Under the pieces are notes generated by a model, which searched no databases, was not told where the DNA came from, and saw only the letters and a list, made by a program, of their open reading frames with translations. A stretch of 64,000 nucleotides of DNA, from the NCBI GenBank assembly GCA_030141605.1, contig JAQGDQ010000410.1:62001-126000 (forward strand). Reading direction: 5' to 3'. The position numbers and the translations under genes are program-made. This DNA comes from Tubiluchus corallicola (Eukaryota > Animalia > Priapulida). Positions 11,558 to 24,300 of the stretch are shown here, one piece after another; within the stretch, counting starts at the first letter, position 1; every line of letters begins with the position of its first letter.

Positions 11558-14500
11558 CATATTTTGTGTGAACTTTTGTAAAACGTACTATCTACTTTTA
11601 ATAAAAGTCACTTTAGCCTGTTGAAAAGAATATAATAGTAAGAGGCATAAGATGTTTTTCTGAACAACTCTCTCAAATTCAAATATTTATTTTCAAAACG
11701 TCTCCCGTCATTTACATGTTCCTTTAAAGTAAAAAGTGGCTTTTACGAACTTGAAATGATACAACTTATAATATACTTGTTTATAGCAGTGAGGTATATT
11801 ATATGACTTTTTTAATTATTTGTGGTATTTTTCTACAGTAACCTTTTGTGCGCTAGAAGTTCTGGAAGTAACTTTTTTTCAGTTACTGTATAGTATTACT
11901 CTTTTATTTTGTAGGTGCCCAAGTAGGAAATGTTATTACAATGCCTGTTTCTGGTCTGCTGTGCAAATATGGTTTTGACAATGGCTGGGCATCCATATTT
12001 TACATATTTGGTAAGCTAATATCATTACAGTGTTGCATACACTGTATTTTGTTCATGCCACGGTACATGTAATCAGTTAAGCAATTAGGTGGTCCACATT
12101 AGCTGTGTTTACCAGGAAATGGATTAGTAGAGATGATCACCCATGCGAGTTTGGTTAACCACAAGAAAAGCTAGTGTTTTTTTTTTGGTTTATCATCTAG
12201 CTTTTTCATTCTACCCTAATGATAAAGACACTATTATGTGACATAAAATTTCAGAATTTGGTTATCCCATTTGATTTTCATTGATTGATGTTCTTTGATT
12301 AATTACCAGTACAGTTACATACCTAGAACAGACAGATTTGCTATGTAAGCATTAGCTAGCTAACTAATATTAGCTGGCTAAGTAAACTTTGCTAAAGTCG
12401 ATTCATTATTCTAATCGATCTGGGGTGACTAGCTGAGCTATCACGTACGTGTGCTTCGCAATCAAAGTTAAGTATCAACAAGTCTGGCCAGTGAATGGTT
12501 GGTGACTACTAAGGTTTAATACTCACTATAGGAATTTGCCAAACCTATTCTGGCTGTATCTCACCGAGTTTGTGGCTGAGATGCTTTTACTGGCTCAGTG
12601 GCTTATTGTAGAGAGTTGCTTAATAGGGAGCCAAGTTCAAAAGTCAGGCCTCGCCACAAACATTAACATTATGTAAGCCCTGCCTTTAAATGTTGTATTA
12701 CAGTTTGCAGTTGTATTAAGCAAATGCAAAGACATGTCATAAATTACTAAGACATAAAACCATACATATTAATAGCATTAATTCTAAAAATAACCAAAAC
12801 TGATCGATTTATTCTATAGTACATTATTTGTATGTTTTAGTAATTATTAATGTCTGTTATTGATTTTTATAGGGGTTGTTGGAGTAATATGGTTTGCTTT
12901 GTGGATGCTCGTTGTAGCCGACACTCCCAGTTCTCATCCAAGAATATCAGCAGAAGAGAAAGCATACATTCAAGGATCACTGACCGGACAAGTTAAGAAA
13001 GACTTGGATAAGGTAATTTATGAGCATGGAAGATGCTAGAATTTACTAGATGAAACCACACGTGTGACCTAAAGACTCTTATTTTTTCTTATAGCCTTAT
13101 TAATTATATTTTTATGATTAACTGACCACTGCGTCATGACTGAGGTACTCTTTATTGATGACTACTTGCCCTTTAAGTCTTTTTCCAGTACTGTCATATT
13201 TGAATTATGCTTTGAACATTATGAATTAAACATTTTTAAACCTGAATTTCGATAAAACAGACAAAAACTGTTGAGATGTTTCAAAGAAAAGTACAATATA
13301 CGTTTGCAACCTTTTGGTAGCTGATGGTAAAGTGTCACTTATAAATTAAACATATCTGGTTCAAGTCCTGATTGAATGACATTTAGCCCTTATAATGAAT
13401 AGTCACATTATTAATAATTGGTATAATCCGTCTGAAATAAAATTTAGAGAGAAAGTTTTTTTTAGAAAGAAAAGACACCTTGGCTAGAGTTTGTTAAGTC
13501 ACCTTGCATTTGGGCCATCATTGTGGCACACTCATGCGCTGATTGGGGAACGTACACACTGCTCACTAACATACCAACCTTTATGAAGGAAGTACTCAAA
13601 TTTGATATAGGAGCTGTAAGTATAATTACAATTTCGTAAGTTAGCAAATGTGATAAGTAACAAGTTTCTGTCATATTTTCTATCTATATATTTTAGGTTA
13701 TATGTCGGCTGTTAGTTTTTTCTGGTTGATAGCAAACACAAATGTTTTTTAACTTTATTTCGACAGAATGGATTCTTCTCTGCTGTACCATACATAGGTT
13801 ATTATTTCTTCACAAATGTGGCTGGCTTCAGTGCTGATTATATCCGTAAAAAGAATTTGCTCAGTACAGGCGTGACACGAAAAGTCTATCAATTTGCAGG
13901 TACATACGAATGCATATTTTAGTCAGTATATTTGTTTATTATTATTGTATTCATTAAAGGTTTGTTGCAATAACAAGACAAACTAAGTTTTTGCACTAAA
14001 AAATTTTCAAGGCTAGTTTGCCAGTAACATCTGGATTATTCAAAAACCTGGTAAAACAGGAAAAAAGATCCCTTTTATTGTTTTTCCTGTTTGGATATTC
14101 CAAAACTTTACAAATTAATGTTGTTCGTCATTCGTTTTGTGCAAGTGAAGCCGGGATGACCTGGCTTTTCTGTATAGAGAATTTTTTATTGCCATCACAG
14201 CGTCTTTTCACATATCATCATCAGCGTACTGTAAAATTAATGCCATCTAATGAACTACCTTGCCTAAGGACAACAGCCAAGCTGGACAACTTGCACTGAG
14301 ATTTCAACTCGCGTTACTGGATTTACAAATCAAATCTGAAATTATGCAAAACTATGTAAAGCTAACAGTACTGTACTGGGGCAAACCGAAAAGCTCATTT
14401 TGGCAATGCTAGGCAGCTATAGAACTACTGTTTTATTTGCAATGAATTCATGAGATCAAAAACTAATGAGAATTAATTGATAGTGATTAAAACTAACATG

Positions 14501-16705
14501 CACTAGTCTACTGCAGCCTAAAGGTGCCTTCATTGTCTGTTAGTTAAGTGAATTACCAGATAATTAGATTATGGACACTGTTTTTACACACTGTTTAATC
14601 AATAAAATGATTCAATGTGGCTGGAGCAGCAGTCGCTGAATTTGTGTTCCACTTTAGTTGCTTAAAACCCACAAGTAATAGCGCACAAACACACAACATT
14701 TATGTCAAACTAAAATGTGGCATCTAGATAAAAGAACTGTCTCACTTAAATAAAAATTTTGAACATGTATAATCAGAAATTCGCAACCATTGTAGCAGAA
14801 TCTCAGCCTCTCACTATGCGATGTAGATTTTTCTGCTGTCAATTTTATTGTAGTTTTTGTAACTTAATTATTTAAATATTATTTTTTTCAGCAATGGCCA
14901 TATCAAGTGCTTTTTTAATTGGGACGGGGTACATGGACTGCAGAAGCGCCGGCTGGGCTGTTGCTTTTCTAACATTTGCAGTGTCAGGCGCTGCGCTGCA
15001 GTATGGTGGTGAAATGGTTAATCATGTAGACGTGGCACCAAAATATGCTGGCGTGCTTTTCGGCATTGCCAATACGATATCCACAGTAACGGGAATTGCA
15101 GCACCTTATGTTGTGGCTTCATTAACCCCAGATGTAAGTGTGTAATAATTAATTAAACTTCAAATAAAAAAGTTGGTAAATTTTATGCTTGTTTGTATGT
15201 CTAAAGCATTACTACTAGCTAATTAGCGTTAAAACAGTTAAACGTCAAGAAGTGTTAAACAACATTAGTTGGAGTCAAGAAGAGCCAAACATAAATTCCA
15301 GAAACAGAAACATTGTCATGAAATTAGACTATGAATATCGTTAAGCATGAACAGGTCAAATAAAAGTTTTAAACAATGTCAAAAATGAAAGTGTCAAGTG
15401 AAAAACGGTATTACGTACTTGCTTAGTATAACCTAAAATCCTTCGTGCTATTTAGCATTTTGACGGCATTCAATGCTAGTTTTTCCTTGATTTCCTTTGA
15501 CGCATTTAATTCTACTTGGCCCTGCTTAGTAGGCTCTGTACTTAATGATATCTAATTTAAAAATATGTTAAACCATAATTACAGTTACTTATTTATATGC
15601 TTAATACTTTTAACACAGAAAATGACTAAATCCTAGTAAGTTGTTGCCTCTTAGGTTAGGTCTTGTAGGTCTTGTTTAAATGAAGAATTAACTGGGAAAT
15701 TCGCTTTTTATTAATTCTTAATTAACTCTGATTTTGAAAAATTTATTTAAGTATGCATAATTTTTTAGCAACTTGAATAACAATTGAACAAAATCAGAGC
15801 CTATGAACCGAGCATGATCCAGTGATTTTAAAAGGTAAAAAGAGCTTTCACTTCTAATTCTCATTTTACAGGGCACACCTAAACAGTGGCAAGCAGCTTT
15901 CTATGTTACTGCTGCGATATGTATGTTTGGAGCAATAGTTTTTGCTATTTTTGCCTCAGGTAACTGTTGTTTAGACATTTAGTCAATACTCTAACTTGAT
16001 AACCAGGTAAGTAAGTAAAGTAAATAAAAATTTTATTTTCAGTCGATCATTTACATGAAAACCCGGGCCATGACACCCTTTATCGACTATAATTAAATTA
16101 AATTAAAGCCTAAATAATCTGCACAAGTGCTGGTGCTAATTTGCAGTGTGTCATTATGTAATTGTGTTTTAAAAAATGCCATTGGTAACTAAATGCCAAA
16201 ACAGTTCATTTTTTGAAAGTTATTCCACACGACTGTAATTGAGTGTGTTTATACAACAGCTACAACTACAAATTTACAATGAATGCATTCTAAACTATTT
16301 TGCAAAGTTTTATGAGAAAATTCATGTCAAACACCATTGAACTAATACCATTTAAGAAGAGGTGTATGATTTTTCAGAAGCAAAATTGCATTGTCATGTG
16401 TGTGAAGAAAAAGGTAAAACATATATTTAATAAGCTATAAATTTTTTATAGACTATTATAGACTTTATAAACTATATGGACTTATGTCAAACAAAGGCTG
16501 ATTTCTGGTTTTGTGTTTTCCCTGCCACTACAGAATATGCATATTGCTGTAACAGTGGAATGCCATATAAACACTATGATTATTCTAATTTTCTCAACTC
16601 TTTATTATTGTAGGAGAGGTACAAGAGTGGGCAAGAGAAGAACCTACAGAAGAAATTGAGATGCCTGAAAAGGAAAAGCTTGAGCCCACAGCAGAGATGA
16701 CCTAA
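7662..16705 (+). CDS. SLC17A5: SLC17 family MFS organic-anion transporter (sialin-like), ~504 aa
   Basis: Exons 8543-8760, 9100-9333, 9986-10073, 11915-12010, 12873-13012, 13466-13615, 13767-13899, 14892-15133, 15872-15959 and 16614-16705 (TAA) are all GT-AG and phase-consistent. Motifs: [108 protein letters not shown]. The first coding exon 7662-7695 ([11 protein letters not shown], phase 1) is tentative. The family is secure; strict SLC17A5 orthology is not, because invertebrates have expanded SLC17 sets. Confidence 0.93.
10372..11556 (+). mobile_element. 5'-truncated CR1/L2-group LINE with long 3' UTR and (TTAC)n tail
   Basis: ORF2 C-terminus HNYHTR...[18 protein letters not shown] (10423-10641); 3' stem-loop-like GAGGATGGCTGA...TCGCCACCCTT (~11347-11384); AATAAAC then (TTAC)n; possible TSD TCATATTTT at 10363-10371 and 11557-11565. 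Confidence 0.8.
12425..12656 (+). mobile_element. Degenerate composite SINE-like sequence (5S rRNA-derived plus tRNA-derived Pol III boxes)
   Basis: AAGTTAAGTA...GTCTGGCCAGTGAATGGTTGGTGAC (12465-12506) resembles the 5S internal control region AAGCTAAGCA...GCCTGGTTAGTACTTGGATGGGAGAC. It is followed by A-box TGGCTCAGTGG (12591-12601) and B-box-like AGTTCAAAAGTC (12634-12645), ending CGCCA. Confidence 0.55.
13316..13376 (+). pseudogene. tRNA-derived remnant (SINE head or tRNA pseudogene)
   Basis: A-box-like TAGCTGATGGTAAAG and B-box GGTTCAAGTCC at tRNA-like spacing; no intact cloverleaf. Confidence 0.5.
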
Positions 16706-18480
16706 ATACTTCCTAAACATCAACAGTCTTAGTCTGAAAATTCTTAGATTTCCTATTCCTAAAGTGTAACTGTAACAGTTTGGCTAACTTCATTAGAATT
16801 TAATAATGGGTATGGAAAAACAGTCATTTGGAAAGCTACTAACATGAATTGTTATGATCACTAAACGGAGAGAAGCTAGTTGATGATGATCAAATGCCTT
16901 ATGGCATCAATGCAAAGTGAAAGACTGTTATATGAAGTACTTCAGTATAGAGTGTTATACTGCACGCATCTGCTTTTGGATAGGAATAGTTTTTAACTGG
17001 AACAAGTACAGTGCCATCAAACTAACTGAATGTAGTGCCATTGTAAAATGTTTGTTGATGACAAGTGTCAAAAGATAAAAATAATTTCTTGCTTTAGGCT
17101 TAATGGTAGAATCTCCTAATTTTCATATTTGAATTCTCAATCTTGGACAAATCGTATAAAACATATCGCTTAAAAGTCATAATGGTAGCTGTCTTGCTCT
17201 TTGTGATGCAGTGATCTCAAAGAGTCCATGATATGCACACAGTTTGAGATAATTTACCTAAATTTTAATCCATGTGATAATCTAGTGTAGATGTAGGCTC
17301 AAGTCTATAATATGTGTTTACCTTATACAAATGAGCGTAAAATAGTATAGGTTGTGAGCATACTAAACCTGTTGCAAATCAGCTTACTATATATTTAATA
17401 TGTATGATTACTACTAAATTTGTGGCTTCAAAGCAAAATGTTATTATTCATCTCAAATCTTGATGTTGTGTAATGTAACATATATTACAACAACCAAATA
17501 TTTCAACAAGAAGTAGCTGCTACAAGCTAAATGATTGTTGTTGCTTGTGTGATTTGCCTCTGTTGCTTTGATTAAGGCATTCAGCCTAAAAAGTACATAA
17601 TAATTGTTATTTTTAAAGGTGACTATTACGTAAAGATCAATCGTATTTCGTCTCATTTATACTAGTCTTCAGAAACTAGATCAGAATATAAGCCAAGGTA
17701 TGTGACAAGAGCATATAAATTGCTCATTAGTCACCACTGCTGTGTACAGACACGATACCTTATTTATTTATAAATGGATAATATATCATTGACAGCCTTT
17801 CCATGAAAGCTCATTACAATATGGTCATCATAATATTGCATTGGAAGATTTGCACTGTTGCAGCAATTCGGCCAGTAACTATTTCGATGAATCTCATGAA
17901 GGTGGAAATGTTATACCAATTATCTTTAAACAGACAACCACGAAATGTTTTCACATTATGTATATTATTGGTAAACCTATCTTTGTCTTATATAACATAC
18001 TAATAGCTAACAAAATTACCAATACTCTACTCTTTTTTAAGTTTCGGTCACATGTGTGATAATTGGGTATACACACGTGGAGAAAGACACTGCCGTTTGA
18101 ATTAATAGTAAGGTTATGTCGTGTCATTTACCCACTGATCTTGATACTGTATGTGACATTGGATGGCGCTATGTAAATTAATTAGCTTAATAAGCATTAA
18201 GTAATGATACTCAAGCAATATTGTAAATATTAATGCAATTAACGAATATAAATATCGAAGCATTATGTGGGATAGGTAATTAACAATTTAATGTGTATAT
18301 GTTATATGTTATTGTATGTCATATATAGTTATAAATTATGACTAGGTGGTATAATGCATTTTCATAGGTAACTAGGTATATTTAATTGTGAATACAATTC
18401 AGAATAGTTACAGTTGTGGTAATAACTCTCTTTTTGTGTGAATAAGATAATGCATGTTCAGTCTTTGTGTGCTTAATGTT

Positions 18481-20070
18481 CTTTAGGAAATCTCAGTGGT
18501 CTTGTAACGTGCAGTTATATAATATTAAGGTTACCCATTTCAGTTGGTCATTTTAATTAGTACTGTCCATTTATTAATGGTGTTGATGGCTTCATAAATA
18601 ATTACTGTTTTACTATTAATTCCTTTTGCCTTTTCAGAAGGTAACGTCAAATCTCTCTGTTCAGGGCGTAGCCAGGTTCTAAAGTTAGGGAGAGCAAGCA
18701 CATAAAAAAGGCAGCATGACACATACAAAACAGTTTTTAGTGACTGATTATACCTTCTTAATTTTGTGCTTAAAATCAAAACAAAATTAAGTTTTACAGT
18801 AAGCTCATAAATCTCAAAGCATAACAAAACGCGTGTTACTTAATTGTTTTAATTTTAAATATAAAATAAAATAAATAATGTGATAAGAAGCATTGTGAAA
18901 AATGTGTCATGAAGGTACTACAACAGTTTCTTTCACTAGGCTTCATTTTAGCAAAGTAATCAATTTTATTAAATCCATCTCACTAGCCAACTCTCTTTCA
19001 ATCGAGAGCAAAGCTAAAGCTAACCCATCCAATCTATCCTCACCCATTGTAGAAAGAAGGTAGGACTTTATCTGTTTCATCCAACTAAAGAATCATTCAG
19101 CAACCGCTCAAGTGAACTGAAGAACTAAAAAAATGTAAAAGGTACCAATTTTGAAAAACGTTCTAGGGGGAGCGGTTGCTCCCCATTGCCCCCAGCTAGG
19201 CCACTGTCTCTGTTGGATCATTAAAGTTGTGCATTTTGTCTAACTGAGAGTTAGCTTTTGTGAATATAGATATGGTTCATATTTTCATTTCTAAAGCCAG
19301 TGGACAACCTTGACATTCTCGAGTGGTTTACATATGCTTTATTTTCACTATTACCATCATGTTAATATTGTTTTGTGACTTTTGTCTCCTTGATTTTAAC
19401 AGTAATAATGTATAGCGTTAGTTTTAATTCAGAACTGTGAATATATAGATCTGCACATAGCACTACTGGGGCAGGTATAATAATGCAAGTTTACAATATA
19501 ACATGAGCACACCTGCGATATCTTCAGTAAATATCGTGTCTAATGTTCGTATAATGAATAAAAGCTTTAGGAAATCTCAATGTTTTCAATTCCAAATATT
19601 AGCTCTGTAACGTACAGTTATGTAATTTTATGATTGTCTATTTCAGTTGATCATTCTAATTAGTAGCTACATGTAATGTTCTTTTATTAATAGTGTTCAT
19701 GACTTGATAAATAATTACTGTTTTACTAGTGATTCCCTTTCCTTTCTCAGAATGTAACAGATCAAATTTTTGTATTGGATCATTAAAATTGTACATTTTG
19801 TTTAACTGTGAATTAACTTCCATGAATATAGATATGGTTTCATACTTTTATTTCCAAAGGTAGTGACATTCTCTTGTGATTTATAAATGCTTCATTTTCA
19901 CTGTTACCACCTTGTTAGTATTGTTTTGTGACTTTTGTCTCCTTTATTACCAGTAATAATCATTTTGTTGGTATAGTGTGCACATCGCACTACTAGGGCA
20001 GGTATAGTAATGTAACTTTACAAAATTTACAACATAATATAATATGAGCGAGTTTACATTATCTTTAGTG
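18481..20070. repeat. Diverged ~500-bp tandem duplication (copy 1 ~18481-19530 with a hAT insertion; copy 2 ~19565-20070)
   Basis: Shared blocks in the same order: CTTTAGGAAATCTCA, ATAAATAATTACTGTTTTACTA, TTGGATCATTAAA, GTTTTGTGACTTTTGTCTCCTT, GCACTACT.GGGCAGGTATA. Confidence 0.85.
18662..19206 (-). mobile_element. Non-autonomous hAT (Tip100/Blackjack-like) element with a transposase dimerisation-domain remnant
   Basis: 8-bp TSD TCTCTGTT (18654-18661 and 19207-19214); imperfect TIRs CAGGGCGTAGCCAGG / CAGTGGCCTAGCTGGG; the minus strand ~19110-18940 reads AE*FFSWMKQIKSYLLSTMGEDRLDGLALALLSIERELASEMD. Confidence 0.9.
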
Positions 20071-21396
20071 GAACTCTACCTCTCAATTTGAGACTATATT
20101 GTAACCTTCTTTAATATACAGTACCTATGTGTGTAAAGCTAATTAGGAGTGTGTGATAAATTATATTTACATTAACTACAATATTTTAACTGTTTGTTCA
20201 GCTTATATTTTTCTTTCATTTTAATTTTGCAGCTTATAATTCATGAAATAATTACGTGCGCAATGGTAATGGTTTGTTGGCTTTACTTTGTCATTCAGTG
20301 ATAGTCATTAATTTGTAGCATTAAGTATAAAGGTAAATCAATGTAAATAAACTGTAACCATGTACTGTATGTACAATAGTATGTTGTCTACTTAAAAGCT
20401 GTCTGGTGCACACCATTGGACACCTTAAGAATTAATAATTATTATACATTTAAATATTACAATGCAAACGTAGTTCTCATCAATTTGTCATAGTGAATTT
20501 TTTGTATTTATTCTGAACGTGTGGTGTGTTATATTAATACAATGTTATATTATCATGTTAAAAGCAGCTGGTGTATGTAGTTAGGGATAGTTGTTCAAAA
20601 TAAAGTTGGAAACAAGGATTTTTCTTTATTGATAATTTTTTTGCCATATGCCATAGTCAAGTTCCACAAATTTTTACATGGCTATAGCATCTTCGCTAAA
20701 CTTACTTGGTGGATCATTACCATAAAAAAGTATGTTGATTAATAAACATGGTGACTTAGAGTTACAGATTTATTCTACTAAAGTTCCATTGATTAGCAAG
20801 CACAACAGCTTAAGGAGGCATCAGCTTGTAACACTTTCTTTTCTATCAACAGATGTCGCCATATTGTGCTTAATACATTAGTACAACCCTGTTTACAACT
20901 CCTATGTATTTGAGTTATTATTGAACTAACTAACTACAGTACCTTTAAAGTTACCTACAGCCACAGTAAGTGAACTGTGATTTTTTACATTTGCAAACTG
21001 TGTTCGAAGTTTGTACTACACAAAAAATTATGTACAACAATAACTGCGTATTTACAACAACATCATAGGCGTATGTGTAAATATTTTGTAAATGAAGAAA
21101 TCTCAACAATGTTAACACTAAGAATTAAAACAAGAAAAATGGTAAAAATGATATATCACAGGTGCTTATCAGAAATTGGCACTTTTTATCATACTGTTTT
21201 ACTTGAATCTCTATTCCCAAATTAGTCGAAAATCGACTTTGAGAAAACTCAACTGTTATTTCATTTCAAGATATATACTGGATGAAAGGCTAATACACAA
21301 ACCCTTGTTAAATTTTGCATTTCCATGTGAACACAAGCATACTTATTGCAAATTGACTCCACAGTTCACTGTTTATGTAGTTTATATTTAATCTAC

Positions 21397-24300
21397 CTAC
21401 TCATCAAACAGTTTGCTGCTGTATGCATTTTGCCTATGACCCAATGTGGACCCTGGTCTATCAGTACGAGTATCTGAGAACAGTTTGGCGTCTTCGATTC
21501 GTGATCGATGATTTAAGCGAACTCCTGTGTTTGGACGAGACTTATCAGGACGTACAGGCAACTGAGACACAGCCGATTGCAAATTGGAAAACCTATCAGA
21601 AAAATTTATATAGAAATATGCCTTAGCGAGAAAAATAATGCTGAAAATGGATCACCTCTTAAATTATTTTTATAGCAAAAGATAATTCTACTTCAGGAGA
21701 AAAATGAATTTTCTTATGTCTCACATACATGATATAAGCATTTTTACTACTTTTTACTAGACAAGAATACAGGTGTTAAGAATAACATGGAGATTAAAAG
21801 TAGTTTAAAGAGAGCAACCAAACTATTCTCTTCTAAATACCCTTTAGGCATTGAAATGTCTCTTTGAAATATCTGGCTTTAGGCAGACGTAATTAAATTC
21901 AAAGTTTATACGTACTTTTCCAAGATGGAACTCTTGTAAGCAAATATTTCTTCTTCCATCTGTTTCAGTTCTCGTCCCACTTGCTTGGCACAAATAACTG
22001 CCATAACAAAGTTATCAAGCTATTAGCAAGGAAAGAGAAAATACTTTGACAAGTGCAGAATTAAACATCTGAGAAAGTTAAAGTGCCCTTACCGACTTTT
22101 TATGAATGTCGAATGGATTTGTGCTCAAATTAAAGCTTATTTGAAGTTGTTTCTTTTCTCCCAATGATGCTTGGAAAATCCAGTGCTGCACTATCCATGT
22201 CTTCAAAGCATGCAAGGATTTACAAAGCAAAGTTTGGATTTAATAAACAGCGGATTTTTACTAGGTTAACGTATTGTACAGTTCTGTTTCAGCCATAGCG
22301 GCCAGAAAAAGCGGTTGGATTTGTTATTTGTGGATTTACTAAACGAATTCAGCTGTATAATCAAGAAAATGCTGCAGAACCTTGTAATCTTGGCAATGAT
22401 TCAGAAAAACATTATCTGAACATTTTTCATCAGGCTGAATATAAATGTGAAAGTTGAAAACATTTTATCCTTTCCATTTTCTAATCCGTACATAATGGAA
22501 TGAAATAAATAGGCTTGAAGTTGACAGGTTGAAAGCCAAACTGCAAGTATGCATTAATTTAGAGCTAAGCCTACAAGTTTTGCAAAGCCTACAAGTTTTT
22601 GAAAGGCAGCACTACTTTTAACAACTCTAAGTGTCTAAATAGAGAAATGCAATACTGAATATATAAAAGAACTGTACTGTCTTAAAGTTATGGTTAATTG
22701 GTTTATATAAAAAGATAAATTGGAGAGGGTGCAGTCCAGCTTACACCATGCAGAATTTTCCTTGTTGCAGATGCCTGCTTGTCTAGCCACCCTGTTAATG
22801 TAATATATATTCTCAATATACTGTATATGCTTGTACTATCTACCTTTATTATCTGCTGGGGACTCACTATTAGTTGAAGGCTCTAATGCATCATTCACCA
22901 CTGCCATGATCTCCTATATAAAATTCATTTCAATATTATGTAACGATAAAGTATAAACATAATCTCTTGTGTAACTGCAAAATAGTTTTCATAATAGCAT
23001 ATATAAGAATAGGAACAAAGAAACTAGTTAATCAGTCACAGTACTTGACTGCACAGTGAACCATAATTAAACAGGGTTACTAAATGGATGAGTGACTGCT
23101 GAAAAAACAGATTTTGTGCAGGTTTGTTTGTTATACTGTCTGCAACTGTTTGTTGTATTGAAGAACACAGCTAAGGCCCTCACACCCGCTCATTGTCTCA
23201 TTTAGAAGGTTATATGCAGGGCCGACTCTAGGTAGCGTGGCACCCTAGGCAAAAGTGTTTTGGCCCCCCAAATAGTCACATCCTTACCCCACGGTCCCCA
23301 TCCCACCCCAAAATTGAATTTTTGTTGTACATAATAAAATACAATGGTACCTGCGTGTTAATTACCTATTCTACCTATTCTGCTCAGTGCTTCGATTCTT
23401 CTAGGTTTTTCTGCCATAATTAGATAAAGCAAAACTAGAAAGTGTTTACCTCCGAGTTAGTGTTGATGAACCAAACATCGACAGAAAATAATGTGCAGTA
23501 GTAGTTCATTTCATTTAATTAAAGTGTTATACATTTACAAATTAAACATACAATATGTTATTACTTATGTTAAACTTAAAAATAGAAAAAATACTTCCAG
23601 AATTTGGCACCCTAGGCAACTGCCTAGTTTGCCTATTGAGAGTATGCTTGGCAAATGGGTGCTTGGGACATACTTCCCGTCTGTACTAAGTAAGCCCTCC
23701 CATTGTGTGCTAGATTCTGGCTCATTTAAAAAACCAAAACATAGGTTATTTGGACATACTTGTTTTAATAAGCTGCAGTTCTTTTCACCAGGTACAATAT
23801 AGCCTGCTAGCAATGTCACCACTGACAAAATTGCACAAAAATGCACTATTGAACTATTTTATGAGGTGTTCCTAGACGAGAATCTAAGACCATACTTTTA
23901 AGGTGTTTTAATGTGTTTTAATTTGTTCTGGTGTTCAGTTTTTTTTGAGCCTCTTGTGACACACACTATAGAAATGACCCTTAAAAGTATGGTCTTAGAT
24001 TAAGCAGTGTTCCTAGACATTAATCTAAGCTTATCATAGTAGTGCTGAGCATCAAATACTCTAAACTTTATTTAAGCTCTCATTCGAACATTTATATTTG
24101 AAATTTACTCCAACTATTCAACGAAACTTTGAATACTGATAACAACAAATAATCCAGTTAAAATACGAGCTGCAGTTTAATCAACAATATGTAGAAACTA
24201 TAGCTTAATCAGCAATATTACTGTAACTGTAAAACCTGATAAGAGAACAAAAACGAGACAGTAGAATGCGCCAGCTAATTTTAAATTCGAAATACATATA

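Noticed and set aside
12215-12260. Hammerhead-like CTAATGATAAAGACAC...AAATTTC
   Set aside because: Both catalytic boxes are too degenerate.
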